64,000 bases of DNA from Candidatus Poribacteria bacterium. GTDB lineage: Bacteria > Poribacteria > WGA-4E > WGA-3G. The translations under genes were made by a program, and so were the position numbers. Below, one piece after another: positions 28,731-39,455 of this stretch. The first letter of the stretch is position 1. Each line of letters starts with the position of its first letter. Below the pieces are notes generated by a model that was not told the DNA's origin, ran no database searches, and saw only the letters and a program-made list of their open reading frames with translations. The stretch is from contig OZ244048.1 of NCBI GenBank assembly GCA_965215265.1, forward strand, positions 864,001 through 928,000, read 5' to 3'.

Positions 28731-29981
28731 CTACGTATGCCGAATTGCCTCAATTGGAGCGAGTTTGGCGGCATTGCTGGCAGGATAGTAACCGAAGAAG
28801 ATTCCGACAGCTGCACCCGCGCCAACAGCAATCATTACGGCGTTTAATGTTATCACAGAGGGCGGCCAGACATCCGGCAGGAATTTATCGGCTCCCCATG
28901 ACAACCCTTGACCAAGGAGTGCGCCTAATGCTATGCCGCAGAGACTGCCGAGCAGGCATAAAACGACAGATTCGGTGAGAAACTGCAGGCGGATGTCAAA
29001 CGCTTTCGCACCCACAGCTTTCCGGAGCCCGATTTCTGGAATGCGTTCGCTGACTGAAACCAGCATAATGTTGAGAATGCCGATACCGGCTACAATCAAC
29101 GACACTGAAGCGATAACAACCAATATCATCTCTACGATGAAAATAGCGGTTTTGGCATCTGCGATGCCCTTCTTAGCTGACCACGTTCGGAAAAAGGTCT
29201 CGTCTCCGCCGTGGTTGCGCATAATAATGGTTTTTACCTCTTCCAGGGCTTGCTCTACCACCAGTGGACTTTTCGCGCGCGCCATGATAGCCCCAACGTT
29301 TTTGCGCCCCCAGAACCGTGTTTGGGCTGTCGTAATCGGAATGAAAATCATGTTATCGTCACTCCTACCGGCCTCCAGCCCATCGCCTCGGCTCTCCATA
29401 ACACCGACGACGTTAAAGCGGGAGTTGTTAATGCTGATTTCTTGACCGACCGGATTCGAGCCTTGAAATTGCTCCTTCCATACTTTTGCACCGATGACAC
29501 AGACTTTACTCCAGAACCCCATATCTGAATCTGCGATAAACCGGCCCACTTCCGTTGGCCATCGGCGCAGCTCTTGATATTCAACCGTTGTTGCCCTCAT
29601 GTAGGTCTGCTTATGTTTCCCCTCCACTTCAAGGTCTATATAATAACTGGTTTCCACTGTTGCAACTTCAACGGAGGGACATTCATTCTGAATATCGCGT
29701 AAATCTTGCATCTCCAAGCGATGGGGACTCGTGTTGCGCTGCCATCTGCCGTTGCGCTCTACCCACCCCGGGCGATAAACGCCGAACATACTGGGCCCAC
29801 CGATTTTCTCAACCTCGCTCATGATAAGTTTTTCCGCACCCGCGCCAAAAGACATCATTGCAATCACACCGGCAATCCCAATGGTAATGCCTAAGAGTGT
29901 TAGAATCGTTCTGAGTTTACTACTTCGGAATACCGAAAAAGCGGATATCAAATTTTCTAATATCTTCATTTTCAACCTCAA
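28731..29981 (-). CDS. ABC transporter permease (MacB/FtsX family)
   Basis: LRTILTLLGITIG, GIGILNIMLVSVSERIPEIGLRKAVGA and FGYYPA..AAKLAPIEAIR motifs. Confidence 0.93.
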   Translation of the reverse strand: MRLKMKILENLISAFSVFRSSKLRTILTLLGITIGIAGVIAMMSFGAGAEKLIMSEVEKIGGPSMFGVYRPGWVERNGRWQRNTSPHRLEMQDLRDIQNECPSVEVATVETSYYIDLEVEGKHKQTYMRATTVEYQELRRWPTEVGRFIADSDMGFWSKVCVIGAKVWKEQFQGSNPVGQEISINNSRFNVVGVMESRGDGLEAGRSDDNMIFIPITTAQTRFWGRKNVGAIMARAKSPLVVEQALEEVKTIIMRNHGGDETFFRTWSAKKGIADAKTAIFIVEMILVVIASVSLIVAGIGILNIMLVSVSERIPEIGLRKAVGAKAFDIRLQFLTESVVLCLLGSLCGIALGALLGQGLSWGADKFLPDVWPPSVITLNAVMIAVGAGAAVGIFFGYYPASNAAKLAPIEAIRHT

Positions 29982-30504
29982 TTTCCTACCCTATCCTGAG
30001 CAGGCGACAACATGGATCGGAAAAAAACGGGTCTCTAAAATTTTCGTTGTATAAATTCACAAATTGTGCTATATTTAACCATGCGGTTTTTACGGATTCA
30101 GCACGGCTGACAGGTGCTATTTCTATAGAATACCATGAAATCTTTTCTGTGTGCAATGTTTTTTTTATCGGTAATCCCGGTTCTTTACTCTATGGAAAAA
30201 CTATTCCCGGACGAGGACACCCGCGGTGCTACAGACAGCAACTTGATAGACATGTGAAGGCGACACCTATAAAGACTGCAAGGCACAGTGGCAAAAACAG
30301 TAGATATGGCATGTGAAAACGTTAGAACTGTTCAATCCCGAACGTGTGCATTCACTGCAGGACTACAATACAACGGATTTTCTCTCTTCAACTGCCAACG
30401 TAGCAGATGTTGGAGACCCAGCAGGGGTGCTTCCGTCTCTGCATCAGTTTCACCCAGGTGCAACAATCTGTCAATTTCTGTCAATTAAGTAAGGAGTTTG
30501 GGGC

Positions 30505-32298
30505 GTGTCTATAACAGTTAAACAGAGCTCGGACAGGATCTTGCATCGTTGGCAAACTACGGAACGTGGTGAGGGCACGTGGATACAATTGCCTGCCACC
30601 GCGTTGCAAACACGGTATCGACTCCATGCCATGGAACACACCTTTAGCGATGTAGACACAGCCGCAGCAATTCAGCTAGCACTTCAGCAGTGGGAAAGGC
30701 AAAACGAGACGGCGTTTCCTCAGTACTATTTAATTGCGCAGCCGCATGCAGATGCACCGTGCTATCATATAACGGACTATGTAAAGCAGTGCGTGGCAGG
30801 GGAACTTGCAATCGGCGAGCGATTGCGTGGAAGAACGGTGCTGCGCCTTCATCAAACAGAGGAAGACGCAGCAGACCTGTTGAGCCACAGCGGCGTTTCG
30901 GCTTTTATTGAACAGATCTTGGTGCGTTACCTAAATAGTTACAAAAAAAAAGAGTTAATCGGGTTTACATGTGAACTGCCCCGGTTTCTCTCAATATGGG
31001 CGAACGATCCGGCAACAGTGCCGTGGAGTCCGACTCTATCGGCTGATGAGACATCTCCCATTATAGAAAAACAGTCATCCACTTTTTTTTCTGCGTACCT
31101 CCCTCTGGTGTTTTATGAAACTTACGATACGTCTGCGGTCCGGAGCGCGTTTTGGCAAACAGTCACGAAACGTTTCGCCTCGTGCTTCTTAGGAGGTTTG
31201 CGAGATTTCTGCCATCAGCAAGGACTGCGGTTTGCGTTAAGCTTACCGGCAGCTGCGAAAGCGTTGGAGTTTGAGTTGGGAACGATGCTCGCACACGTCG
31301 ACTGCCCGATTCTTGAAACGACAGAATTAGAGACACCGAGACGTTTCGTTGTCGCGAAATGGATTTGTAGTACAGCGCGCCAAGCAGGTATGTTACGGAA
31401 GGGTTCACATAAAGTGGAGCAAACCTTTCAAGATGCGGCCCTCGGCTTTAATTTGTGGTTCTCAACGGACAGAAGACAGAACGATACGAAAGATAGAGAG
31501 CAGAAGCTGTTGACGCACCTGCTAACGATGGGGTATCCAAAGAGACCTCTCCTAATGATCTCGCCAACGCAGAGCATGTGGACGAAACCTGATGAGAAAT
31601 TGTGGAATACTCTAACAAAAGCGTGTGGCTGGCTGTGCGACACAGTGACATATTTGGGGTACGATGTACGGATTGTTTCAGAGCTCGAGTTAAGTGAGGC
31701 AAAGGTGCGGAGGCATCCGCCGCGTCTCTGTTTCGGCACAGCTCCGGAAGATATCTATCGCGTGGTGCTCCTTCCAAGTTGTATCTCACTTCAAGAAGAG
31801 ACGGTGGCTTGTCTACGAGCATTCACGAAAGCGAAAGGCAAAATCATAGCGAATGAACCTACCCCGTATCTGCTCAACGGACGGATTGGCTTAGAACCGT
31901 ATCCACTGGAACAACTCATTTATAGTCGGCGTACAAGCATTCTCCGGGGGCCGTCAAATGAACGGGCGGCCGCACTCAAAAAGTACCTCCGAAAATGGGT
32001 AACGCCCGTTATATCGGTATATGCGAAGCCGGCTAATGAACTCACGCACGCATTACGAGTACATCATCGAGTTGCTGAAGAAAGTCATCTATTTTATCTT
32101 TTTAACACACATACCGAATCGATTGATACGTTGCTTGAAATCAGTGAATTGGCTGAAAACCTGGAGGAGGTTGACTTACAGACAGGTGCAACCAAGGCGG
32201 TCAATTTTTGGGATGCAGATAGAAAGACGTATCTGAACTGCGGGTTTATGCCGAAACAGGCGAAATTTTTCAGGTTGTTGTGTAAAACCGCCGAATGA
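30505..32298 (+). CDS. Hypothetical protein, divergent glycoside hydrolase-like with GATase1-like domain
   Basis: VRSAFWQTV..RF...LRDFCHQQGL, YDVRIVSE..L, YRVVLLP and FYLFN patterns recall GH106/GH2-associated proteins. Confidence 0.5.
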   Translation: MSITVKQSSDRILHRWQTTERGEGTWIQLPATALQTRYRLHAMEHTFSDVDTAAAIQLALQQWERQNETAFPQYYLIAQPHADAPCYHITDYVKQCVAGELAIGERLRGRTVLRLHQTEEDAADLLSHSGVSAFIEQILVRYLNSYKKKELIGFTCELPRFLSIWANDPATVPWSPTLSADETSPIIEKQSSTFFSAYLPLVFYETYDTSAVRSAFWQTVTKRFASCFLGGLRDFCHQQGLRFALSLPAAAKALEFELGTMLAHVDCPILETTELETPRRFVVAKWICSTARQAGMLRKGSHKVEQTFQDAALGFNLWFSTDRRQNDTKDREQKLLTHLLTMGYPKRPLLMISPTQSMWTKPDEKLWNTLTKACGWLCDTVTYLGYDVRIVSELELSEAKVRRHPPRLCFGTAPEDIYRVVLLPSCISLQEETVACLRAFTKAKGKIIANEPTPYLLNGRIGLEPYPLEQLIYSRRTSILRGPSNERAAALKKYLRKWVTPVISVYAKPANELTHALRVHHRVAEESHLFYLFNTHTESIDTLLEISELAENLEEVDLQTGATKAVNFWDADRKTYLNCGFMPKQAKFFRLLCKTAE

Positions 32299-32319
32299 AC
32301 GCCACGAAAGGAGACGAAC

Positions 32320-33879
32320 ATGACTGGAGGCCATATTTTTGTTGAATGTCTAAAGGCACAAGGTATTGAGGTAATTTTCGGGCTGCCGGGCAACCACCTT
32401 GACACGGTTTATGAAGCCTTATATAATAATCAAGAGAACATCCGGCACTATGTAACGCGGCATGAAGGTGGAACCGCTTTTATGGCGGATGGATATGCGC
32501 GTGTGACAGGTGATGTCGGTGTCTGCATGACTGTTCCCGGGCCTGGTTCCAATAATGCCTCTATTGGGATTTGTGAGGCGTACACAGCATGCTCGCCTGT
32601 ATTATGGATAACGGGACAGAACCCATCTTACTTGGCACAGCGGGACGCGCGGAAAAGTTTCCACGGTTTGGATCAGCGCTCGGCCTTTGCGTCCATGACA
32701 AAACAGATTGAAATTGTTCATGAGGTGTCTCAGATTCCGGGTGCAGTGAACCGTGCCTTCAGCGCACTGCGTTCAGGGCGCCCAGGGCCGGTATTGATTG
32801 AATTAGCTACGGATGCATTGCAAGCAGAGGCGAACCTGCCGATTCCGCCACGAAACAACGGTATCCGTACGATGGCAAGTGATGCAGATATTGACGCAGC
32901 CTTGGCGTTAATCAGGCAGGCGGAACGTCCGCTCATTATCTCGGGGAGTGGTGTTAACCACAGTGGTGCGACCGGGGAAGTACTTGAATTCGCACGGCGG
33001 CTTAATTCACCGATAGTCATGACCGGCATGGGTAAAGGTTCTGTTCCGGAGGATTCGCCCTATGTCATCGGGGTTTTTCGTGATAGTACAGGGCAGGCAG
33101 CGATGGCATACGCGGACCTGATAGTTGCTATCGGTACGCGCTTCACCTACCGGGATACGGGCAATTGGACGCTCAATATCCCGCAGCCTCTTCTGCATAT
33201 TGAAGCGGATGTGAACGAAATTAATAAGGAATACGCGGCAACTGTTGGCATCGGTGCCGATGCGAAGTTGGTTTTGCAACAGTTGAACGCAGCGCTAGAG
33301 TCCGAGAAACGCACTGATGGATGGGGCGAGGGCGTGCAGCAACTGCGGCACCAATTCACTTCAATAGAACGTCCGCGGATTCTCCAAGAGATGCGAGATG
33401 TGCTGCCGCGTGACGCGATCTTATCGGTGGATGTGAACGTCACCGGGTATGGCGCACTGCCACATTTCCCGCTGTACCATGCACGGAGTTATATCTTTTC
33501 TGGCATTTCTGTTGCAATGGGCATCGGATTGACAGGTGCCATCGGCGCGCAGGTAGCGTATCCGAAGCGCAAGGTTGTCGCCCTCAGCGGGGATGGCGGC
33601 TTCTTAATGACGAGTCCAGATCTCGCAACAGCTGTGATGTATAACCTGCCCGTTGTTACGATTGTGATGAATGATGACCAGTACACCTCCATTGAACGTG
33701 GGCAGCTGCAGCGTTTCGGGAAGCGAATCGGCGTTGAATTGGTTAATCCCGATTTCGTGCAGTTTGCCGAATCGTTCGGGGCCGTCGGCTTGCGTGTCGA
33801 AACTCCGGGCGATTTTAAACCAGTACTTGAAAAAGCACTGGCTCTGGATAAACCGGTTGTCATTGAAGTGATTAAATAA
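32320..33879 (+). CDS. Thiamine pyrophosphate-binding enzyme (acetolactate synthase-like)
   Basis: IFGLPG, RHEGGTAFMADGYAR, GRPGPV and GDGGF...ND motifs. Confidence 0.92.
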   Translation: MTGGHIFVECLKAQGIEVIFGLPGNHLDTVYEALYNNQENIRHYVTRHEGGTAFMADGYARVTGDVGVCMTVPGPGSNNASIGICEAYTACSPVLWITGQNPSYLAQRDARKSFHGLDQRSAFASMTKQIEIVHEVSQIPGAVNRAFSALRSGRPGPVLIELATDALQAEANLPIPPRNNGIRTMASDADIDAALALIRQAERPLIISGSGVNHSGATGEVLEFARRLNSPIVMTGMGKGSVPEDSPYVIGVFRDSTGQAAMAYADLIVAIGTRFTYRDTGNWTLNIPQPLLHIEADVNEINKEYAATVGIGADAKLVLQQLNAALESEKRTDGWGEGVQQLRHQFTSIERPRILQEMRDVLPRDAILSVDVNVTGYGALPHFPLYHARSYIFSGISVAMGIGLTGAIGAQVAYPKRKVVALSGDGGFLMTSPDLATAVMYNLPVVTIVMNDDQYTSIERGQLQRFGKRIGVELVNPDFVQFAESFGAVGLRVETPGDFKPVLEKALALDKPVVIEVIK

Positions 33880-33895
33880 AAGGAGAAGAGCGAAC

Positions 33896-35098
33896 ATGCC
33901 GAAAAAAATCGGGGTTTTAACAGGGGGCGGTGATACGAGTGCGCTTAACGCCACCCTCAAAGGTATAGCCTTAAAAGCAGAGGAGCTCGGGTTTGAATTG
34001 GTTGGATTGATGGAAGGATGGAAAGGGGTTCTGAAAGGGGGCCGCCACTTTACCCTCACCCCCGACCTGATTGATGAAAATTACGGTGGAACCCTATTGA
34101 AGAGCTCCCGCACTAACCTCATCTCAATGAATAAACTGGACGAGGCTATAGACAACCTAAAAAAACTAGATATCAGTGGACTGATTCCAATTGGGGGGGA
34201 TGATACGTTAACCGTCGGCACAGCGCTTTCGGAAGCAGTCACAACGGCGTTCGTCACAAAGACTATTGACAACGATGTGGGGCTCAATCCACCAGAGGGC
34301 GATGCTGTCGATTACTCGAAAATGGTGAACTATTTCTGCCCTGGGTTCCCGACCGCGGCGAACCGCATCATCAGCGCAGTTCGCGATTTACGGACAACCA
34401 CTTATTCGCACGACCGGGTTATCGTCGTAGAGGCAATGGGCAGAGATGCCGGATGGCTGACACTCGCAGCTGCTTATGGCCACGCTGATCTTATCGTTGT
34501 GCCAGAGATACCTTATCAACCGGACCGGTTGGCAGAAGCGATACGCGAGAAACACGCAGAGCATGGGAACGTCATTGTTGTTGTATCGGAGGGCATCCGC
34601 AACGATGCAGGCGAGTTGATGATAACCTCTGAAGCAGAGCTGGATGCTTTTGGGCACACCAAACCGGGCGGATGTTCCGAAATTATTGTTGAGGCTATGA
34701 AAAAGCGACTGCCCCATATTTCTAGTTCTGCCTTTCGTGCCTTGATTCTCGGCTATCTCCAGCGTTGTGGAAGCCCAACTCCTCTTGATAGAGAGACTGC
34801 GATTAAAGCCGGCGAACTGGCTGTACGTGCACTCGCGGACGGCATGATTAACGCGGTATCTACCATTAGTCGCACAGATACAGGCATTGAACCGACACTT
34901 TTGCCCTTAGAGCAGGTACTTATACGCGATGATTCCGGGCATGTTATCCGTCGCAGCCTCGACCTCCGGTTTTATGATGCGGAACGTTACCAAATGTCGC
35001 CTGCCGGTGCCGGTTATTTTCGCCCGCTTTTTGGGGGGTTACCGCCTCGTCATTTGTCATTGGAGGAACGTTCAATTCAGATAGACGAGATTGGTTGA
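33896..35098 (+). CDS. 6-phosphofructokinase, probably PPi-dependent
   Basis: GVLTGGGD, GGTLLKSSR, GGDD and KTIDND (the PPi-type signature residues), EAMGR, LGYLQRCG. Confidence 0.88.
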   Translation: MPKKIGVLTGGGDTSALNATLKGIALKAEELGFELVGLMEGWKGVLKGGRHFTLTPDLIDENYGGTLLKSSRTNLISMNKLDEAIDNLKKLDISGLIPIGGDDTLTVGTALSEAVTTAFVTKTIDNDVGLNPPEGDAVDYSKMVNYFCPGFPTAANRIISAVRDLRTTTYSHDRVIVVEAMGRDAGWLTLAAAYGHADLIVVPEIPYQPDRLAEAIREKHAEHGNVIVVVSEGIRNDAGELMITSEAELDAFGHTKPGGCSEIIVEAMKKRLPHISSSAFRALILGYLQRCGSPTPLDRETAIKAGELAVRALADGMINAVSTISRTDTGIEPTLLPLEQVLIRDDSGHVIRRSLDLRFYDAERYQMSPAGAGYFRPLFGGLPPRHLSLEERSIQIDEIG

Positions 35099-35230
35099 AG
35101 GTTCAGCACCTTGGGTTAATTTAAAGTTGCAAGAGCGGCTTTTAATTTTTAAGACCGCTTTTAAACTTTCTGCACTTACTGTGCCCCTGGGGCCATCTCG
35201 CTTGCTATTTCAAAATAGTTGATGCTATTT

Positions 35231-36259
35231 ATGTGCAAAAAACTCCTTATTTTAGTTATTCTCTGCTTAAACGTTCCGTCTTTATTCGCACAAACCTCGG
35301 AACCCGAAAATGCGTTGAAACCCCCAACTCAATCGTACAGCGAAACAGTAGATACGTCCGAACCGCAGCCTTCATCAGATACGTCCGAACCGCAGCCTTC
35401 ATCTTCTGCCGTAGAACCGTGGCATGGAAACCGACGCATACTTAAGGTCGTTAACGATTACCGACTCGCTGTAGACGAAGTTATCACAACCCTTGTAATC
35501 GTTGCAGGAAATGCAAAGGTACACGGTACAGTTACCGGCAATGTGCTTGTCATCGGGGGATGTGTCGAACTCGCCCCTGAGGCAGAGATAAAGGGCGCAG
35601 TCCACGTTATTGGGGGTTCGGCGATTGACAAAAAGGGAGGCGAAGATATATCGTTGGGTGGCACAAGCCCGAATTCAAATCTCTACATCTACAACGGGTG
35701 GCATATTGTCCCTGCAACAGCACATTTACTGATGCATCCGCATACTATCTGGGGAGTGAACAAGCAGTATTCGCGTTGGTTAACTATCGGTAAGTTTGTG
35801 CTTTTCCTATTCATCTATCTATTGTTGGCGTTCATATTTTCAAAGCAGCTCAACGAGCTCGAAAGCATGATGAGCGAGCACCCTATCCGGACCGTGCTAT
35901 ATGGGATGCTGATGTTAGTGCTGATTCCGGTGTCTATTGGCGTGTTAATCTTTTCAATTGTTGGGCTGCCTTGTCTACTATTAGGGTTGGCATTCCTGTT
36001 CCCCGTGGCGATTTACGGGAAGGCCGCGATTTTCTTATTAATAGGGCGGACGCTGCTATCTGGGCGTTTTAAACCGATTGCCGTGATTTTCGGCTATATT
36101 CTGTATTTCATGGCAATCTCAGTGCCGTACATTGACTGGGGAACGTTTTTGGGAGTTAACGCTATCGCAATTGGAGGTTGTGTACGGAGTGTTTTCAGCA
36201 GAAAGCCGCGGCAGTCTCCATTGCGGAATACCTACCTGCATCGTTCTGTTACCCGATAA
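35231..36259 (+). CDS. Membrane protein with bactofilin-like beta repeats
   Basis: Signal peptide, VHGTVTGNVLVIGG / IKGAVHVIGG repeats and a multi-TM C-terminus. Confidence 0.65.
   Translation: MCKKLLILVILCLNVPSLFAQTSEPENALKPPTQSYSETVDTSEPQPSSDTSEPQPSSSAVEPWHGNRRILKVVNDYRLAVDEVITTLVIVAGNAKVHGTVTGNVLVIGGCVELAPEAEIKGAVHVIGGSAIDKKGGEDISLGGTSPNSNLYIYNGWHIVPATAHLLMHPHTIWGVNKQYSRWLTIGKFVLFLFIYLLLAFIFSKQLNELESMMSEHPIRTVLYGMLMLVLIPVSIGVLIFSIVGLPCLLLGLAFLFPVAIYGKAAIFLLIGRTLLSGRFKPIAVIFGYILYFMAISVPYIDWGTFLGVNAIAIGGCVRSVFSRKPRQSPLRNTYLHRSVTR
35350..35403 (+). repeat. 27-bp perfect tandem duplication, in frame (DTSEPQPSS x2)
   Basis: AGATACGTCCGAACCGCAGCCTTCATC occurs twice. Confidence 0.95.
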
Positions 36260-36306
36260 GGTTGGTATTATTCCGTTTGATTTGTTGAGAAAGGCATCGC
36301 GTGCAA

Positions 36307-37308
36307 ATGGAATTCAAGTCTCCTATTTTTTTGCTCCTGCTGAGCTTGTTACCGTTGTTCAGCGGCTATTTATGGTGGGTTGGCCGTGGCGGAAGTTGGG
36401 TTTCGCGTATTCGGATAGCGATGCCAGACTTCGGTACAATTCGGCTACTTCCATCAACGTTGGCGGCGAAGGCGTTGCCTCTATTAAAAGTGATGCGGGT
36501 GGTGGTGCTCGCTCTCCTCATCTGTGCGATTGCACAGCCGCAGCTCTCCCAAAGCCGGGAAGCACGATTTTATGACGGGATTGACATCTTATTGGTGCTT
36601 GACATTTCTGAGAGTATGCGCGCAGAAGACTTTGAGGGGGCAAATCGCATCCAAACTGCAAAATTGGTGATTCATAACTTTCTCGAACATAGAGAAAATG
36701 ACCGGATCGGTCTGGTGATTTTTTCAGGTGAAAGTTTCACGGTTTGTCCGCTCACATTGGATTATGTAGTGCTGAACGAGTTGCTTCGTGAAGTTGAAAT
36801 TGGGCAGCTGCAAGACGGCACTGCCATCGGAGAGGCGATTGCGACAGCAATCCAGCGCTTGCGCGATTCAGACGCGAAAACGAAGCTTGTGATTTTGTTA
36901 ACAGATGGGGAAAATAATGCTGGGACAATAGAACCAGGCACCGCCGCAACCCTCGCCGCAGCCTTTGGTATAAAAGTCTACACGATTGGGATGGGCACGC
37001 AAGGCGGGGCACGGATTCCGTATGAGGATACTACCTTTGGCAAACGCTATCGCGAGGTCTTAACCTATCTTGACGAAGAGACTCTCAGGGAGATTGCGAG
37101 CATCACAGGCGGACGTTATTTTCGTGCCACGGATAAGGTGTCGTTGGCGAATATCTACGCAGAAATCGATAGATTTGAAAAGACGAAGTTTGAAGTCATT
37201 CGTTATGTTGATTACAAAACGTTAGTCCCGTTCTTTCTCATTGCGGCGGCGTTGTTGTTAGGAGTAGAAATTCTGTTGAGTCACACGGTTCTCCGGAAAA
37301 TTCCATAG
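36307..37308 (+). CDS. vWA domain protein (BatA-like)
   Basis: GIDILLVLDISESM MIDAS motif, DRIGLVIF, GTAIGEA, ILLTDGENN and TGGRYFRA. Confidence 0.9.
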   Translation: MEFKSPIFLLLLSLLPLFSGYLWWVGRGGSWVSRIRIAMPDFGTIRLLPSTLAAKALPLLKVMRVVVLALLICAIAQPQLSQSREARFYDGIDILLVLDISESMRAEDFEGANRIQTAKLVIHNFLEHRENDRIGLVIFSGESFTVCPLTLDYVVLNELLREVEIGQLQDGTAIGEAIATAIQRLRDSDAKTKLVILLTDGENNAGTIEPGTAATLAAAFGIKVYTIGMGTQGGARIPYEDTTFGKRYREVLTYLDEETLREIASITGGRYFRATDKVSLANIYAEIDRFEKTKFEVIRYVDYKTLVPFFLIAAALLLGVEILLSHTVLRKIP

Positions 37309-37332
37309 CGAAGGGACGCTCTTGTCCTATTT
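37205..37332 (+). repeat. Direct repeat A, copy 1 (3' end of vWA gene)
   Basis: 128 bp with about 8 mismatches (hand count) to 46653-46780. Confidence 0.95.
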
Positions 37333-37492
37333 ACATGATAATGATTGATGGGGAGTAGGTTGAAGATGCGCTCTGGGCGGTATTCGTCGCGTGTTCATAA
37401 CGTAGAGCTAAATCGCCTTGTCGGAAGCATTATGCCATAAATTGAACTATAAGCCAATACTCTCGCTTTTTTTCCCATTTTTCACGCTGAAC

Positions 37493-37522
37493 TTGACAAA
37501 AACTTCACAAATTGTGTATCAT
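37493..37522 (+). promoter_or_regulatory. Sigma70-type promoter with palindrome CACAAATTGTG in the spacer
   Basis: TTGACA-18 bp-TATCAT. Confidence 0.55.
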
Positions 37523-37733
37523 TAATGTTCTATAAGATGGAAACAACTCACGGAAGAGCACCACGAAAGGAATCGGGAACTGTGACGCAACACCGTTCAG
37601 GAAACACTAAAAAAAACAATCCTAATTGTATCATAAAACACGTGATTTTTTGTGATGTCTTTAGGTTAGCGCCTAGCTTCATAAAAGCCATCTGTCCGTT
37701 CTCGGACAACAACACTGAAAAGGAGAAACTGAA

Positions 37734-38702
37734 ATGATTAAACACCTGCTTTCCAGCCGACGGTTTCACATTGGCATCCTCATCGGCATCCTCATCATCG
37801 CAGGTGTCTCTCTCTACGTAAAGCATGAACGCACACACACAACTGAGAAGACACAGGTGCCTGAGACACAGCAAAGACATGAGGGGGACACTCTTCCACA
37901 CATCGGCATCGGCACACACGAACACCCAAAGTGGATTGGACCGCCACCGCATAAATACTCGCAAGAAGCGCTCGACACCCTGGATACGTTTCAGGAAAAA
38001 CTCAGCATAGGGGTCAAAAGCGGGATTATTTCCCAAGAAGCCGCGGAAAAGCTGCTCCGGCGGCAAAAAGCGGTGCTCGCTACCGAAGGCATGCCGCCTT
38101 TTGAAGCCGCACAATACCTCCTCAATTCCCCAAACATCCCCCAGGCACGAGAATACTTCCAAGAACTCACAGATTTCGCACTCACAGAGAACCCCGACGA
38201 CCCCGAGGTCCTCTTCTTCTGGGCAGGCAGTCAAGACCTTGTCAAGGAAGGCCCCAACCCAGAGGTGGAAGCCGCCTACGAGAAGCTGCTCGCTATGGAC
38301 GGCATCCCGTCCGAACGCCGCTCGCAAATATTAGACTCCTTTGCAGGCACCATCTGGTACTACAAACCCAAAGATGCGGTTCGTTACATTGAAGAGGCAC
38401 GCACCCTGTCAAAAAACTCCTATTACGCTCAACTAGGGAATGTCTATCAACGCCTCGGTCAATACGACAAGGCACTCGATATCTACAGGGATTATTATGC
38501 GAAAACAGGGAGTTTCATTGCCGCAGATCATATCAGGTCCATAGAAGCCGGCACCCCCAACATTCCGGCAATTGAATACCCCGTAGCAGAAACACCTGTC
38601 GCGGAACACCCGGGAGAGCACCGCCCCGCCATGGATGACAGTTTCACACAAGCGGAAGAGAGTTTCACAACCCATGACAGTCAAACCGTGCCACAGCAAT
38701 GA
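37734..38702 (+). CDS. Membrane-anchored TPR-like protein
   Basis: AAGGAG RBS, N-terminal TM segment and YAQLGNVYQRLGQYDKALDIY TPR. Confidence 0.8.
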   Translation: MIKHLLSSRRFHIGILIGILIIAGVSLYVKHERTHTTEKTQVPETQQRHEGDTLPHIGIGTHEHPKWIGPPPHKYSQEALDTLDTFQEKLSIGVKSGIISQEAAEKLLRRQKAVLATEGMPPFEAAQYLLNSPNIPQAREYFQELTDFALTENPDDPEVLFFWAGSQDLVKEGPNPEVEAAYEKLLAMDGIPSERRSQILDSFAGTIWYYKPKDAVRYIEEARTLSKNSYYAQLGNVYQRLGQYDKALDIYRDYYAKTGSFIAADHIRSIEAGTPNIPAIEYPVAETPVAEHPGEHRPAMDDSFTQAEESFTTHDSQTVPQQ

Positions 38703-38704
38703 AA

Positions 38705-38799
38705 GCGGGATTCATGAAAATATAACACCTTGCACAAATTATGCGAGGCATCGTCAACACAAATACAAGAGGCATGTTTTATGAAAAAAGAGAAGGCGA
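38705..38799 (+). repeat. Direct repeat B, copy 1 (upstream region and first codons of the lipoprotein gene, truncated)
   Basis: 95 bp with 4 mismatches to 46800-46894. Ends in ATGAAAAAAGAGAAGGCGA. Confidence 0.95.
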
Positions 38800-38813
38800 G
38801 AAAACAAACCTCC

Positions 38814-39455
38814 TTAAGGTTTGTTGCGGTAATGTGCATCTAACTCTTGTTGGATGTGTTCTCTTTCCACTTTCATTTCCCAGTTTGCAATCCTGCGTGC
38901 TTCTCGGGAAGCCAGGATGTCTCGCGCATCTGCGGCAATCTGCTCGGGTGTCTTTAGCGTGGCATTGGCTTTATAGTTGGCTAAGTCATTGAAAAAGTGC
39001 GCGACTTTGTCGGCAGGCATCGTTTTCAACGCCTCCGCCCGTGCATATTTGAGTTGTTCGTCGGACAGGAGCACATAAGCATCCAGCATGGCTTCAGGTT
39101 TCGCATCCGCAGATGCAGTAGTGGCTCTAGCAAGTGCTTCTGATTTCTTTGCAGCGGCTATCAGCCTTTTATCCAACGCTTTTAGCTGCAGTTCCCATTC
39201 GTATGCATCTTGCGCTGCGCGGTCCTTCTGCACGAGCGCCTTGTCAGCGGGTTTGCGGTTTATTGCTCGACGCCGCACTTCCAATCTGGCTTCAACTGCT
39301 TCTCGCTGCCTTTTTTCGCGGATGCGCTCTTGTCTTTCTTGCCATTCTTTTGCCCGCTGATGTTCGGATACGAACAAGAACGTCGGAATAAATATGACAA
39401 GGAAGACTATAAAGAAGACTATTCCACGCTTGGTAAAGGGGTCGATGATGAACAT
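38814..39455 (-). CDS. Membrane-anchored coiled-coil protein, paralog 1
   Basis: AAGGAG RBS, N-terminal TM segment and charged helical body. Confidence 0.8.
   Translation of the reverse strand: MFIIDPFTKRGIVFFIVFLVIFIPTFLFVSEHQRAKEWQERQERIREKRQREAVEARLEVRRRAINRKPADKALVQKDRAAQDAYEWELQLKALDKRLIAAAKKSEALARATTASADAKPEAMLDAYVLLSDEQLKYARAEALKTMPADKVAHFFNDLANYKANATLKTPEQIAADARDILASREARRIANWEMKVEREHIQQELDAHYRNKP

Noticed and set aside
29990-30500. Possible riboswitch or small genes in the 500-bp divergent intergenic region
   Set aside because: No recognisable riboswitch or tRNA consensus, and the ORFs lack RBSs and motifs.
35350-35403. 27-bp tandem duplication as a special system
   Set aside because: An ordinary in-frame linker duplication.
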